Source of the DNA: an uncultured Eubacteriales bacterium
GTDB lineage: Bacteria > Acidobacteriota > Aminicenantia > Aminicenantales > Aminicenantaceae
Assembly: GCA_964347035.1 (NCBI GenBank)
Contig: CAYFXE010000006.1
Span: 30,096 to 85,612 of the forward strand
DNA length: 55,517 nucleotides
Reading direction: 5' to 3'
The position numbers and the translations under genes were made by a program. Under the pieces are notes generated by a model that saw only the letters and a list, made by a program, of their open reading frames with translations, did no database searches and was not told the origin of the DNA. Positions 1 through 8,404 of this stretch are shown here, in pieces; position 1 is the first letter of the stretch, and every line of letters begins with the position of its first letter.

Positions 1-49
1 TCATGTCAACCAAAATGCATTAATCTGCGTTTTGGTATATAAAAGAAGT

Positions 50-634
50 ATGAACGAGCAAACACTAGTCCGTTTGGCTAAAGAAGGAGACAGAGAAGCC
101 TTGAGAATTCTTTTTGACCAGAATAGAGACAAAATCTTCGCTCTGGCCTATCACTATACTAAGAATCCTCAAGATGCCGAAGACATCCTCCAGGAGACCT
201 TCATCAAGGCCTTTTGTTTTCTTCCTAAATTCAACTTTCAGGATGGAGCACGCTTCTCGCCATGGCTTTATCGGATAGGAATTAACTGCAGCATCGACCA
301 CCTCCGCCGTTCAAAGGCGATTAAGAATAAACAGGCTATTTTAGACAACCTGGAAATCATATCTTCTGAGGATTCGAATTCAGACCCGGCTCTCATCCAA
401 CAAAAGTCTGAACTGCGGGAGAAGATCAATCAAACTCTGAAAACATTATCAGATCAACAGAGGATGGTGTTCGTCCTTAAACACTATCAACAGCTGACAA
501 TACGAGAAATTGCTGAACACCTGGACATCACCGAAGGAGGCGTCAAGAAACAGCTCTTCAGAGCCGTGCACTCAATGAAAGACAGTCTTAAAAGCCTGAT
601 TTTGGAGAATAACTATGAAATGCAAGAACTTTAA
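50..634 (+). CDS. ECF-type RNA polymerase sigma-70 family factor (module 1)
   Basis: The ORF spans 32..634, and the in-frame ATG at 50 gives MNEQTLVRLAKEGD. It has a region-2-like 'DAEDILQETFIKAF' and a region-4 HTH 'LTIREIAEHLDITEGGVKKQLFRA'. Its 3' end overlaps the next ORF by 20 nt. Confidence 0.9.
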   Translation: MNEQTLVRLAKEGDREALRILFDQNRDKIFALAYHYTKNPQDAEDILQETFIKAFCFLPKFNFQDGARFSPWLYRIGINCSIDHLRRSKAIKNKQAILDNLEIISSEDSNSDPALIQQKSELREKINQTLKTLSDQQRMVFVLKHYQQLTIREIAEHLDITEGGVKKQLFRAVHSMKDSLKSLILENNYEMQEL

Positions 635-1322
635 AGAACAAATAATTCTTCTCCACTACAACGAGCTTGGGGACAAAGAGAGAGTGGGACTAGAAGGGCA
701 TATCAAGGAATGTCCTGATTGTGCTGAAGATTTCGCTTATACAAAAAAAGTTTTCCAAATCTTGGCTAAGACCCGAGTCGAAACCATGCCCGAAGCAGAT
801 TGGAAAAAAAGCTGGCAGCGGATCGACTCTCACATCCAACAGAAGCCGCAGTCGAAGAAAAAATTCTTTCTTTTTCCAAGATGGACTTATGCGACCGTCG
901 TGGTGCTAATCATTTTTATCGCTGGTGTTATCATCGGCCGGTTCTGGCTTGCTTCAGCTGGCGGCCCCACCATCGGGCTTAAAGTCAGCCAAGCCTATGT
1001 CGACCAGTCTCTCCAGAAATATCTCGAGGACTTAGGGCCGGTTATGGTGGAATACGCCAACTACTCCCCAACGGAAAAAAGCGAGGGAACCATTGTCATG
1101 GACAAAAGAGTGGCCCGCAGCCTTCTCCTCCAGAATCTTCTCCTCAGGAACATCATTGCCAAAACACAACCCTCGCTCCTTTCCTTCCTGGATGATGTAG
1201 ATCTTGTACTCAAGGAAATATCCAACCTGGACAGTGACGATACTAGGACTCCCTTTTTGATCAGGGATCTCATCCATGAGAGGGAGATCCTTTTCAAGAT
1301 GGAAATATTAAAGACACTTTAA
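615..1322 (+). CDS. Anti-sigma factor, zf-HC2 type, single-pass membrane protein
   Basis: The N-terminus carries the 'H..ECPDC' zinc-finger pattern (HIKECPDCAEDF). A hydrophobic helix 'WTYATVVVLIIFIAGVIIGRFW' follows. It overlaps the upstream sigma gene, and its TAA stop is followed by a GGAGG RBS for the next gene. Confidence 0.85.
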   Translation: MKCKNFKEQIILLHYNELGDKERVGLEGHIKECPDCAEDFAYTKKVFQILAKTRVETMPEADWKKSWQRIDSHIQQKPQSKKKFFLFPRWTYATVVVLIIFIAGVIIGRFWLASAGGPTIGLKVSQAYVDQSLQKYLEDLGPVMVEYANYSPTEKSEGTIVMDKRVARSLLLQNLLLRNIIAKTQPSLLSFLDDVDLVLKEISNLDSDDTRTPFLIRDLIHEREILFKMEILKTL

Positions 1323-1334
1323 GGAGGTCTTGAG

Positions 1335-2885
1335 ATGAAATACATCAAACTTGTGTCAATGTTATTAATCTTTTTCCTGCTTTTTGGAGGCCTAATCATG
1401 GCCCAAAAGGAAGAAGAAAACGAAGAAGCTCGTAAAAAATATGAGCAAGCCAAGAAGTGGATCTACGAGAAAGATTGGGAGAAAGCCATCGAATCTCTGA
1501 AGTACATACTTGAGCACCTAGAGGAGAGTGATTTCCTGGATGATTCCCTCTACTGGATGGGCTACAGCCTGAATAAACACAGCCTTTCTCTGGAGGTTCT
1601 GGAAAACCAGTTGGAGATCCAGAAACAAGCGTTGGAATACCTCAACCAGCTCATCGAGGGATATTCGGAGAGCTCTTGGTCCGACGACGCCAAATTCCTC
1701 AGGATTGAAATCGCGGAGGATCTGGTAAAGAAAGGACTCAGCACCTACAGAAAATATATCAACGGGAGTATCAAAGTTGTAGATCCGGAACACGTGTATG
1801 TTGACGTCATTCTTCCCGAGCAGGAGTTGAAGTTGGTAGCGCTGGATGCCCTCCTCAGCATCGAAGAGGAAAAAGCTTTTCCTATCCTGGTTAAGATGGT
1901 TAAAGAAGAAAAAGACCCGAAGCTCAGGGAACAAGCCGTGTTCGTCCTGAGCCAGTCAGAACATCCCGAAGTCGTCCCCCTCATGGTTGAATTGGCCACA
2001 AAAGACCCAGACGAGAAAATACAAAAACTTGCCGTTTTCTGGATCGGCCAGAGAGGAGAAGAAGAAGCGCTCGAACCTCTTTTCAACATTTATGAAATAA
2101 CCACTGAGCCTAAGTTAAAGGAACATGTGATCTTTTCTATCTCTCAGATTGGCAGTAAAAAGGCCACTGACAAGCTGTTCGAGATCGCTAAAAACGACAA
2201 AGACAAAGAGAACAGAAAAAAGGCCATCTTCTGGATCAGCCAGATGGAAGACGAGGCTTCTGCTGATAGACTTCTTAAACTCTACGATGCAGAAAAAGAT
2301 CAAGAACTGAAAGAAGAAATGATCTTCTCTATCTCTCAAGTCGGAAGCAAAAAGGCCAGGGAGAAACTGTTCGAGATCGCCAAAAACGACAAAGACAAAA
2401 AGAATAGAAAAAAGGCCATCTTCTGGATCAGCCAGATGGAAGACGAGGCTTCTGCTGATAGACTTCTTAAACTCTACGATGCGGAAAAAGATCAAGAACT
2501 GAAAGAAGAGATGATCTTCTCTATCTCTCAAGTCGGAAGCAAAAAGGCCAGGGATAAGTTATTCGATATCGCCAGGAATGATGGGAATAAAAGAGCCAGA
2601 GAAAAGGCCATTTTCTGGCTCGGTCAGGAAGAAAGCGAGGAATCATTCAATTTCCTCTTCGATCTGTACGGCAAAACAGATGATGTCGAAAACAAAAAGA
2701 AAATCATCTTTTCCCTCAGCCAACACATGGAAGGAAAACTGGGCCCAAAAGCTGTAACCAAGCTGATCGAGATGGCCAAGAAAGAGAAGAATTTCGAGTT
2801 GAAGAAAGAGATCATCTTTTGGTTGGGACAATCCAAGAGCGAAGAAGCTGCCAAATTTCTGAAAGAAATTATCGAGAAAAAATAG
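1335..2885 (+). CDS. Secreted HEAT-repeat protein
   Basis: RBS is aaggagg. It has a signal-like N-terminus (LVSMLLIFFLLFGGLIMAQ). An 'A(I/V)FW(I/L)(G/S)Q ... LF(E/D)IA' motif recurs about every 31-32 aa, typical of HEAT/PBS-lyase repeats. The gene contains a near-identical internal duplication. Confidence 0.85.
   Translation: MKYIKLVSMLLIFFLLFGGLIMAQKEEENEEARKKYEQAKKWIYEKDWEKAIESLKYILEHLEESDFLDDSLYWMGYSLNKHSLSLEVLENQLEIQKQALEYLNQLIEGYSESSWSDDAKFLRIEIAEDLVKKGLSTYRKYINGSIKVVDPEHVYVDVILPEQELKLVALDALLSIEEEKAFPILVKMVKEEKDPKLREQAVFVLSQSEHPEVVPLMVELATKDPDEKIQKLAVFWIGQRGEEEALEPLFNIYEITTEPKLKEHVIFSISQIGSKKATDKLFEIAKNDKDKENRKKAIFWISQMEDEASADRLLKLYDAEKDQELKEEMIFSISQVGSKKAREKLFEIAKNDKDKKNRKKAIFWISQMEDEASADRLLKLYDAEKDQELKEEMIFSISQVGSKKARDKLFDIARNDGNKRAREKAIFWLGQEESEESFNFLFDLYGKTDDVENKKKIIFSLSQHMEGKLGPKAVTKLIEMAKKEKNFELKKEIIFWLGQSKSEEAAKFLKEIIEKK
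2175..2558 (+). repeat. Tandem in-frame duplication, 2 x 192 bp (64 aa), about 96% identical, inside the HEAT-repeat gene
   Basis: Unit 1 (2175-2366) and unit 2 (2367-2558) both begin ctgttcgagatcgc. I count about 7 mismatches in 192 bp. Protein level: LFEIAKNDKDK(E/K)NRKKAIFWISQMEDEASADRLLKLYDAEKDQELKEEMIFSISQVGSKKAR, twice. Confidence 0.95.
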
Positions 2886-2902
2886 TCATAAAGGAAGGGA
2901 CT

Positions 2903-3310
2903 ATGAGAAACGTTCAAAGGACAGCCAAAATAGCAGCGATTGCTGCCATCTTAATCTGGATCGCCTCCCCTTTAGCAGGAGCAGAAAAAACTGGGTTTTT
3001 GAAGGGAAAAGTCTATTGGCAGGACGAACCTGGCATCTCGTTGACGAATAAATTCACCACAGCAGAAAAAGATTTCATGAAGCTTAAAACAGGAGATTTC
3101 TATTTTACAGGATACGCGTACCAGAGTCATCACAGCATGCATATAGGCCCGGATTGGATATCCTCAGAACCTTTCCGGCTGCTCATCAGAGCAAACGAAA
3201 TCAAACTGGATAGGTCCTCCAAATGGAAGAAGAAGGGAAGCATCCGTTACAGCTCGGAAGATGAAACAGGACTTGTGGGCATAATATTTCTCCACAGGAT
3301 TGTGATTTAG
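2903..3310 (+). CDS. Secreted protein; probably the N-terminal part of a frameshift-split HEAT-repeat gene
   Basis: The ATG at 2903 is preceded by aaggaaggga. It has a signal peptide (AAIAAILIWIASPLAGAEK). The track ORF 2819..3310 starts inside the upstream gene. See the finding on 3262-3360. Confidence 0.6.
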   Translation: MRNVQRTAKIAAIAAILIWIASPLAGAEKTGFLKGKVYWQDEPGISLTNKFTTAEKDFMKLKTGDFYFTGYAYQSHHSMHIGPDWISSEPFRLLIRANEIKLDRSSKWKKKGSIRYSSEDETGLVGIIFLHRIVI

Positions 3311-3357
3311 ATCGTACCTACGAATTCGCCGAAGCACCCATCTACTGGTTCGGCAAT

Positions 3358-3990
3358 GTGAATACCGAGGAAAGCTTCCGGTACTTAGAAGGTCGATTCG
3401 ATAGGGGTAGTTCCGACTTACAAAAAACACTGATCTTCATCATCAGCACCCATGACACTCCCAAATCCTATGATTTCCTCCGTCATGTTGCTCAGGGAAA
3501 ATATGAAAACAAGCTGAGAAAAGACGCAATTTTTTGGCTCGGAAATTACCACGATTCGAAGAGTCTGGAAGCTCTCAAAGACATCTACAAGAAAGAAAAA
3601 GAAAGAGAGGTCAAGAAACAGATTGTCTTTGCCCTCAGTCTCAGCGACCAGGAAGAGGCCGTTTTAGAAATGATCAACATTGCCAAAAAAGATACCGATC
3701 AAGAAGTCAGGAAAAACGCCCTTTTTTGGCTGGGTCAAAAAGCTTCTGAAAAATCAGCTCAAGCGTTGAAGGATGTGGTGGAAAGTGATGACGAGGATAT
3801 CGAAGTCAAAGACAGCGCTGTATTTGCCATAAGCCAACTTCCAGAAGAGAGATCTATCCCGATGCTCATCGATATCGCCAAAACCAACAGGAGTCCCTCC
3901 GTGAGGAAAAAAGCCATCTTCTGGTTAGGTCAGGTAGGTGGTGATGAAGCGTTGAAATTCTTCGAAGAAATCCTGCTGAAGAAAAAATGA
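3358..3990 (+). CDS. HEAT-repeat protein; probably the C-terminal part of a split gene
   Basis: It repeats the same motifs as the upstream HEAT gene: 'AIFWLGN', 'ALFWLGQ', 'AIFWLGQ'. The only available start is a GTG with no RBS. The frame stays open upstream to 3265 and encodes a further motif, 'APIYWFGN'. Confidence 0.7.
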   Translation: MNTEESFRYLEGRFDRGSSDLQKTLIFIISTHDTPKSYDFLRHVAQGKYENKLRKDAIFWLGNYHDSKSLEALKDIYKKEKEREVKKQIVFALSLSDQEEAVLEMINIAKKDTDQEVRKNALFWLGQKASEKSAQALKDVVESDDEDIEVKDSAVFAISQLPEERSIPMLIDIAKTNRSPSVRKKAIFWLGQVGGDEALKFFEEILLKKK

Positions 3991-4097
3991 TTCAGTTACC
4001 AGTTGTCAGCGATCAGTTTTAAGTTTAAGACAAGATTTTCTTCTTTACTGGTAACTGATCACTGGTAACTGAAAACTGACAACTAATAACTGGCAAT
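3991..4097. repeat. REP-like intergenic hairpin element, copy 1: inverted arrays of degenerate heptamers
   Basis: The right arm (4048-4096) is 7 consecutive heptamers: ctggtaa ctgatca ctggtaa ctgaaaa ctgacaa ctaataa ctggcaa. The left arm (3991-4016) is ttcag ttaccag ttgtcag cgatcag, the reverse complement. The 12-mer actggtaactga occurs twice direct (4047, 4061) and once inverted (3992). It lies between convergent genes and probably also terminates transcription, since a U-run follows it on the minus strand. Confidence 0.75.
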
Positions 4098-4100
4098 AGA

Positions 4101-5591
4101 TTACTTCTTTTCCATCTTCATGAGCTCGTTCAGTTTTTCCACAGCGTTCTGGTTGTTCGGGTTCATCTCTAAAGACTTGGCATAGTTCTTGATGGCTAAC
4201 AATTTATCTCCGTTAATCATATAAGCCTCGGCCAAGCTGTCATAACCATTAGAATATTTCGGGTGGACTTTAACATTCAACTTAAAGATCTCTATTGCAT
4301 CCTTGATTCTCTTTTTCTTCTCCAACAGATGATATCCTAATCTGTTGAGCTCGATCGGCAGAAAGTTATATTCTTTGGGATGTTCTCTCTTGAATTCCTC
4401 GTACTGTTTAATCGCGGCCTCCAGGTCTTTCTCGATCAGAGTCTTGTAAATCACTTCGGAGATGGATTTGAGGGGGAGCTTATAAGGTTTGTCATAAAGA
4501 ATATACATAATTGCCTGGCTCATCTCGGAAAGGGAGACGCCCGGCGTGTTGTTGAAGAGGACGATCAAGTGTTTATCATCAACCAATCTCTCTATCAAGG
4601 TGTTGAATCCGTTGATTCCGCCGCCATGCGAGATGATGTTGACCGTCTCTTTGGATTTCGGAAAGCTCCGCTTCAAAATAAACCAACCATAACCGTAATT
4701 TGTCCCAAGAGGGGCGGCATGCGGCTTAAACATTGTTTCCTTCATCTTGTTGGAGAGTAATTTTTCGGTATACAAGGCTTGATCCCAAAGATACAAGTCT
4801 TCGACCGACGAATACAGGGCCCCGGCAGCAAAAGGAAGCATCATATCAAGGTAAGGGGCATTCTCATACCCATCAAAGGTCTTATTATATCCCGCAGCCC
4901 GATCAGGGATAATCGTTTCATAATGATCGTAGCCTGTGTTTTTCATCCCCAAGGGGTCCAGAATCCTCTCCTTGAGGACCTCCTCATAATCTTTACCGGT
5001 CACCTTTTCGATAATCGCCCCCAATATAAAATATCCGGAATTGTTATACCTGTACTTGGAACCAGATTGAAACTCGAAATCTCCGCTGCAGAATTTTTCG
5101 ATGATCTCATCTATCGAATAGGGATTTCTCATAATGTCTTGGGAGAAGTTCGGGAGACTGGTGTAGCTCGGGATTCCAGAGGTATGCGTTAACAAATGAT
5201 GGATGGTAACCTTATCTCCTGTATCCTTGCGGTAATCCGGCAAATAGTCTGTCAATTTGCCCTCTAATTCGACCTTTCCCTCCTCAACCAACTGCATGAT
5301 CAGCATCGAAGTGAACTGTTTGGTGATCGACCCGATCCTGAATTTGGTATTCGGCTTATTCGGAATTTTCCATTCCCTGTTGGCCATTCCAAATCCTTTC
5401 TTGTAGATAACCTTGCCTTCCTCTGCGACAAGGACAGTGCCGTTAAACTTCCCATAATCATAATAAACCTGCATCAACTCATCTATCTTAGTGATTTTAT
5501 CTTGGGCCACACCAGAGTATGGAACAATAAAAAAAAGCAAGACAGCAAGGATCAAAGCTAACACTTTTGAAGAATGAAAATGGTGTCTCAT
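4101..5591 (-). CDS. Serine hydrolase (beta-lactamase / class C PBP fold) with C-terminal TPR
   Basis: It has the S-x-x-K motif 'GSITKQFT' and a signal peptide (VLALILAVLLFFIVPYSGVAQ). The TPR-like tail reads 'YDSLAEAYMINGDKLLAIKNYAKSLEMNPNN'. I place the start at 5591 (MRHHF) because aggagg lies 6 nt upstream. Confidence 0.85.
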   Translation of the reverse strand: MRHHFHSSKVLALILAVLLFFIVPYSGVAQDKITKIDELMQVYYDYGKFNGTVLVAEEGKVIYKKGFGMANREWKIPNKPNTKFRIGSITKQFTSMLIMQLVEEGKVELEGKLTDYLPDYRKDTGDKVTIHHLLTHTSGIPSYTSLPNFSQDIMRNPYSIDEIIEKFCSGDFEFQSGSKYRYNNSGYFILGAIIEKVTGKDYEEVLKERILDPLGMKNTGYDHYETIIPDRAAGYNKTFDGYENAPYLDMMLPFAAGALYSSVEDLYLWDQALYTEKLLSNKMKETMFKPHAAPLGTNYGYGWFILKRSFPKSKETVNIISHGGGINGFNTLIERLVDDKHLIVLFNNTPGVSLSEMSQAIMYILYDKPYKLPLKSISEVIYKTLIEKDLEAAIKQYEEFKREHPKEYNFLPIELNRLGYHLLEKKKRIKDAIEIFKLNVKVHPKYSNGYDSLAEAYMINGDKLLAIKNYAKSLEMNPNNQNAVEKLNELMKMEKK

Positions 5592-5804
5592 CTGAAACCT
5601 CCTGTTATCTTGGAATTGCAAAAAAATTTTACCAGATAATGCAACAAAAAATAAAATATTAAAAACAACATTGTCGGATTCATCTCAGATTGATTATGTA
5701 TTCTAATTATTACATACGAAATTAAATACTTTTGGTTTTAAAGCAATTCTGATTAAACTTGGCATGTTTTTTGCACATGCTTAACTCGAAAGAAGGAGGG
5801 CATT

Positions 5805-6044
5805 ATGCAGACGCCTCAAAAAATAGATTACAGTGCTGAGATACAAGAAGCATTAAAAAAGGCAAAGTGTAAAAAAGTTTTATACCTTTACGACGAGTCT
5901 GGAGAAAAACAATTCTTAGGCGTATTCAGTACTAAGAAAGCGATCCAAATAAAAAAGTTCTTCCGCCAAAAAAATTTAATCGGCCGCTTATCCGAATTCG
6001 AAGTCAAAACGACCGAACCGGATAGCCACTTTAATTGGTCGTAA
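5805..6044 (+). CDS. Small hypothetical protein (79 aa)
   Basis: Strong RBS (gaaggaggg, then 5 nt to the ATG). No recognisable motif. Confidence 0.55.
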   Translation: MQTPQKIDYSAEIQEALKKAKCKKVLYLYDESGEKQFLGVFSTKKAIQIKKFFRQKNLIGRLSEFEVKTTEPDSHFNWS

Positions 6045-6101
6045 TTAACACCGATATTTCGTTGTGATAGCTGGGGGATCTAATATCCAAGATAGGGTCC
6101 A

Positions 6102-7523
6102 TCAAGATGGTCTCTGCCTGAGATGGGCGATAGTGTTGGCGTAATAGTGAAGAATTTTCAACTCGCCAGGTTCGACACGAAACGATCCATGATCTTCCTG
6201 AACGATGTGCCTTAGAGTCAGCAGGCGCAGACCGACCTCGATCGTATAATCCAGATCCCTACGAGGAATATAAACGCACAATCCTTCTCTCTCCAGCTCA
6301 GATAGGAGTCTCTGAACACAAGATTTGATCTCGGTTTCGGTCAAGGCTTTCTCGGAATTCTCGATAAAAACAGTCGAAACCAAGGATAATGGCACAACCG
6401 GGACAACCTGGCCTACAGCGTGCATAAGTGTTTGAGCCAGATGTTTGACTTTGTCAATTCTCTCTTCCTTATCCAGCTTTAGAAAATCAATATTATGTTC
6501 TTGCGCATACTCCCGCATGGACAGGGGCGTTCCGAAATTGACGACTGCATAGCCATACCGGTACCAACCTCCCCGCAACATGAGCCAAAAATTCCGCAAA
6601 ACAAAGAGCGATACTGTCTTGATGACGCTCAATTTTGACTTCTGCTTGGCTTCGGGATCCATTGTAACGAGGAGAGATCGATCCTCAAGGACACGGTCAT
6701 AATTGACACCCACTGGAATAAAGACAAGGTCACGACCTCCATCGAGATTAAAGCTGCGCAGCATGTAGTCCAGCAGGCCTATTTTCGGATCGCCCAAACG
6801 CCCGTCTCGGCTTAACTTCCCTTCCGGGAAAAGAGCCTGTACAACACCAGCTTCGGTGGCCATGTGGACGTATCTCGCAAGCACTTTACGGTACAAGATG
6901 TTCCCTGAGCCACGTCTAACAAAAAACGCTCCCATTGCCCGAACAAGATGTTTCACAGGCCAAACGCGGGCCCACTCCCCCACAGCAAAGCTCAGGGCGA
7001 CTCGCCTTATCGCCAGATAGGCCAACAGAATATAATCCATATTACTGCGGTGATTCATGACAAAGACCACACTCGAGTGGGAATCAACCTTCTGAAAACC
7101 CTTCTCATCGGCAAACCCAACCCGAACACGGTACAACAGCTTGGAGAAAATACGGCCGAGCCAACTCCCGAACCGAAAATAAAGATACGCGTCAAAGGCA
7201 GGCACGATTTCCCTGGCATAGCGTTCTGCTTTTTGTATAGCTTCCTGTTCAGAAATTCCAGTCTCCAAGCATTGTTCTTTCACGGCTTTCAAGACCTGAG
7301 CATCGTAAACCAAACGATTGATGAGTCTTTGCCGCTTGATGAGCTTAAATTCTGGGAGACGAAGGTCGAGACGCTCGTTGATATCATCAATAATTCTCAT
7401 CCTCCGCCACCTAAAATACAAACGGAACAAGGGTAATACGAGTAGCTTAAACAAAACTAGGACAGCCAAGACACCTCCAAGAATAACGAACCACAAGGGT
7501 AGGCTAACATTTTGGGTCATCAT
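6102..7523 (-). CDS. Glycerol-3-phosphate / lysophospholipid acyltransferase family protein (PlsB/GPAT-like)
   Basis: It carries the acyltransferase blocks 'VMNHRSNMDYILL' (H-x4-D), 'GAFFVRRG', 'LFPEGKLSRDGRL' and 'VFIPVGVNYDR'. It has an N-terminal TM helix. The start overlaps the upstream gene by 4 nt. Confidence 0.8.
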   Translation of the reverse strand: MMTQNVSLPLWFVILGGVLAVLVLFKLLVLPLFRLYFRWRRMRIIDDINERLDLRLPEFKLIKRQRLINRLVYDAQVLKAVKEQCLETGISEQEAIQKAERYAREIVPAFDAYLYFRFGSWLGRIFSKLLYRVRVGFADEKGFQKVDSHSSVVFVMNHRSNMDYILLAYLAIRRVALSFAVGEWARVWPVKHLVRAMGAFFVRRGSGNILYRKVLARYVHMATEAGVVQALFPEGKLSRDGRLGDPKIGLLDYMLRSFNLDGGRDLVFIPVGVNYDRVLEDRSLLVTMDPEAKQKSKLSVIKTVSLFVLRNFWLMLRGGWYRYGYAVVNFGTPLSMREYAQEHNIDFLKLDKEERIDKVKHLAQTLMHAVGQVVPVVPLSLVSTVFIENSEKALTETEIKSCVQRLLSELEREGLCVYIPRRDLDYTIEVGLRLLTLRHIVQEDHGSFRVEPGELKILHYYANTIAHLRQRPS

Positions 7524-8272
7524 TCTTTCTTTTTGAACACTCCGAGTTTCAAGAAATAAAGCACCTGTTCGATAACCGGTTCACTCTGCATGATAAAGGT
7601 GTGGCTATGCGGTAAAACGATGAAGTCCTTCATCCCTGCCACTTTTGTTCGCTCGACAGAAATGACACCGTCATCCGGACCTGGAATGATAAGAGAATAC
7701 AGGGGATTGATGGTCCTGTCTCCGGCTATCACCCCCAACTCAAAATTAACCGGGCCTAAGCTTAGAGGAAGACTGTCCTCTTTTGTTCCTAACTGTCCAC
7801 CAGGAGGACCAATAGCTTTTTTAAAGAAAAAGCTGTTCTTCAGGCGATTGACAAGCTCGCTTCCCTGGTTTGGTGGACAGAGCATCACAACTCGTCCTAG
7901 ATTAGGTAAATCATGATGCCTCAGATAATAACGGACAACGATTCCTCCCATTGAATGGGTGACAAAATGAACCTTTGACTGAGGCTCCTGCATATAAGGG
8001 GAAACAATATCCCTTAAGATCTCATCGGCCAAAAACTCGATTGTATGTTTTGTCGAAGGATAATCTACGTTTATGACTTTATAGCCAGCAAGAGAAAGAC
8101 TTTTTTCAATCCTTAACATAGAACGACTAGATCGTGCCAGGCCATGGAGAAGGATGACATATTCTTTTATGTCTCTCTGAATATCTGCACTGTCCGTTTC
8201 ATATCTTTGGGGAGAAACGAGAAAATACACGATAAGCACTAGACACACTGCGATTATCCATTTGATTCTCAT
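7520..8272 (-). CDS. Alpha/beta-fold hydrolase (lipase/esterase-like)
   Basis: It has a nucleophile elbow 'THSMGG', a 'LLHGL' oxyanion-region motif, and an N-terminal signal or anchor. Confidence 0.8.
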   Translation of the reverse strand: MRIKWIIAVCLVLIVYFLVSPQRYETDSADIQRDIKEYVILLHGLARSSRSMLRIEKSLSLAGYKVINVDYPSTKHTIEFLADEILRDIVSPYMQEPQSKVHFVTHSMGGIVVRYYLRHHDLPNLGRVVMLCPPNQGSELVNRLKNSFFFKKAIGPPGGQLGTKEDSLPLSLGPVNFELGVIAGDRTINPLYSLIIPGPDDGVISVERTKVAGMKDFIVLPHSHTFIMQSEPVIEQVLYFLKLGVFKKKE

Positions 8273-8404
8273 TGCATAAGTCCTTTGCCCTTTAGCTTAT
8301 ATCACTGGAAAAATCAGAGGTCAAGACGGATCAAAAGCCGTGTCAACATGTGCCTTTTTATCATTATGGAATCATTTTTGTGATGGAAGGAAAAAATTTC
8401 AGGA

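Noticed and set aside
2115-2600. Regularly spaced direct repeats that might be mistaken for a CRISPR array
   Set aside because: The repeats are 192 bp long and contiguous, with no spacers, and they are in frame within a HEAT-repeat CDS. The same reasoning applies to the 87-bp repeats in 46219-46854 and the approximately 160-bp repeats in 53900-54800.
2819-2902. Track start at 2819 for the ORF ending at 3310
   Set aside because: That start lies inside the upstream HEAT gene (which ends at 2885). The ATG at 2903 has an RBS and begins a proper signal peptide.
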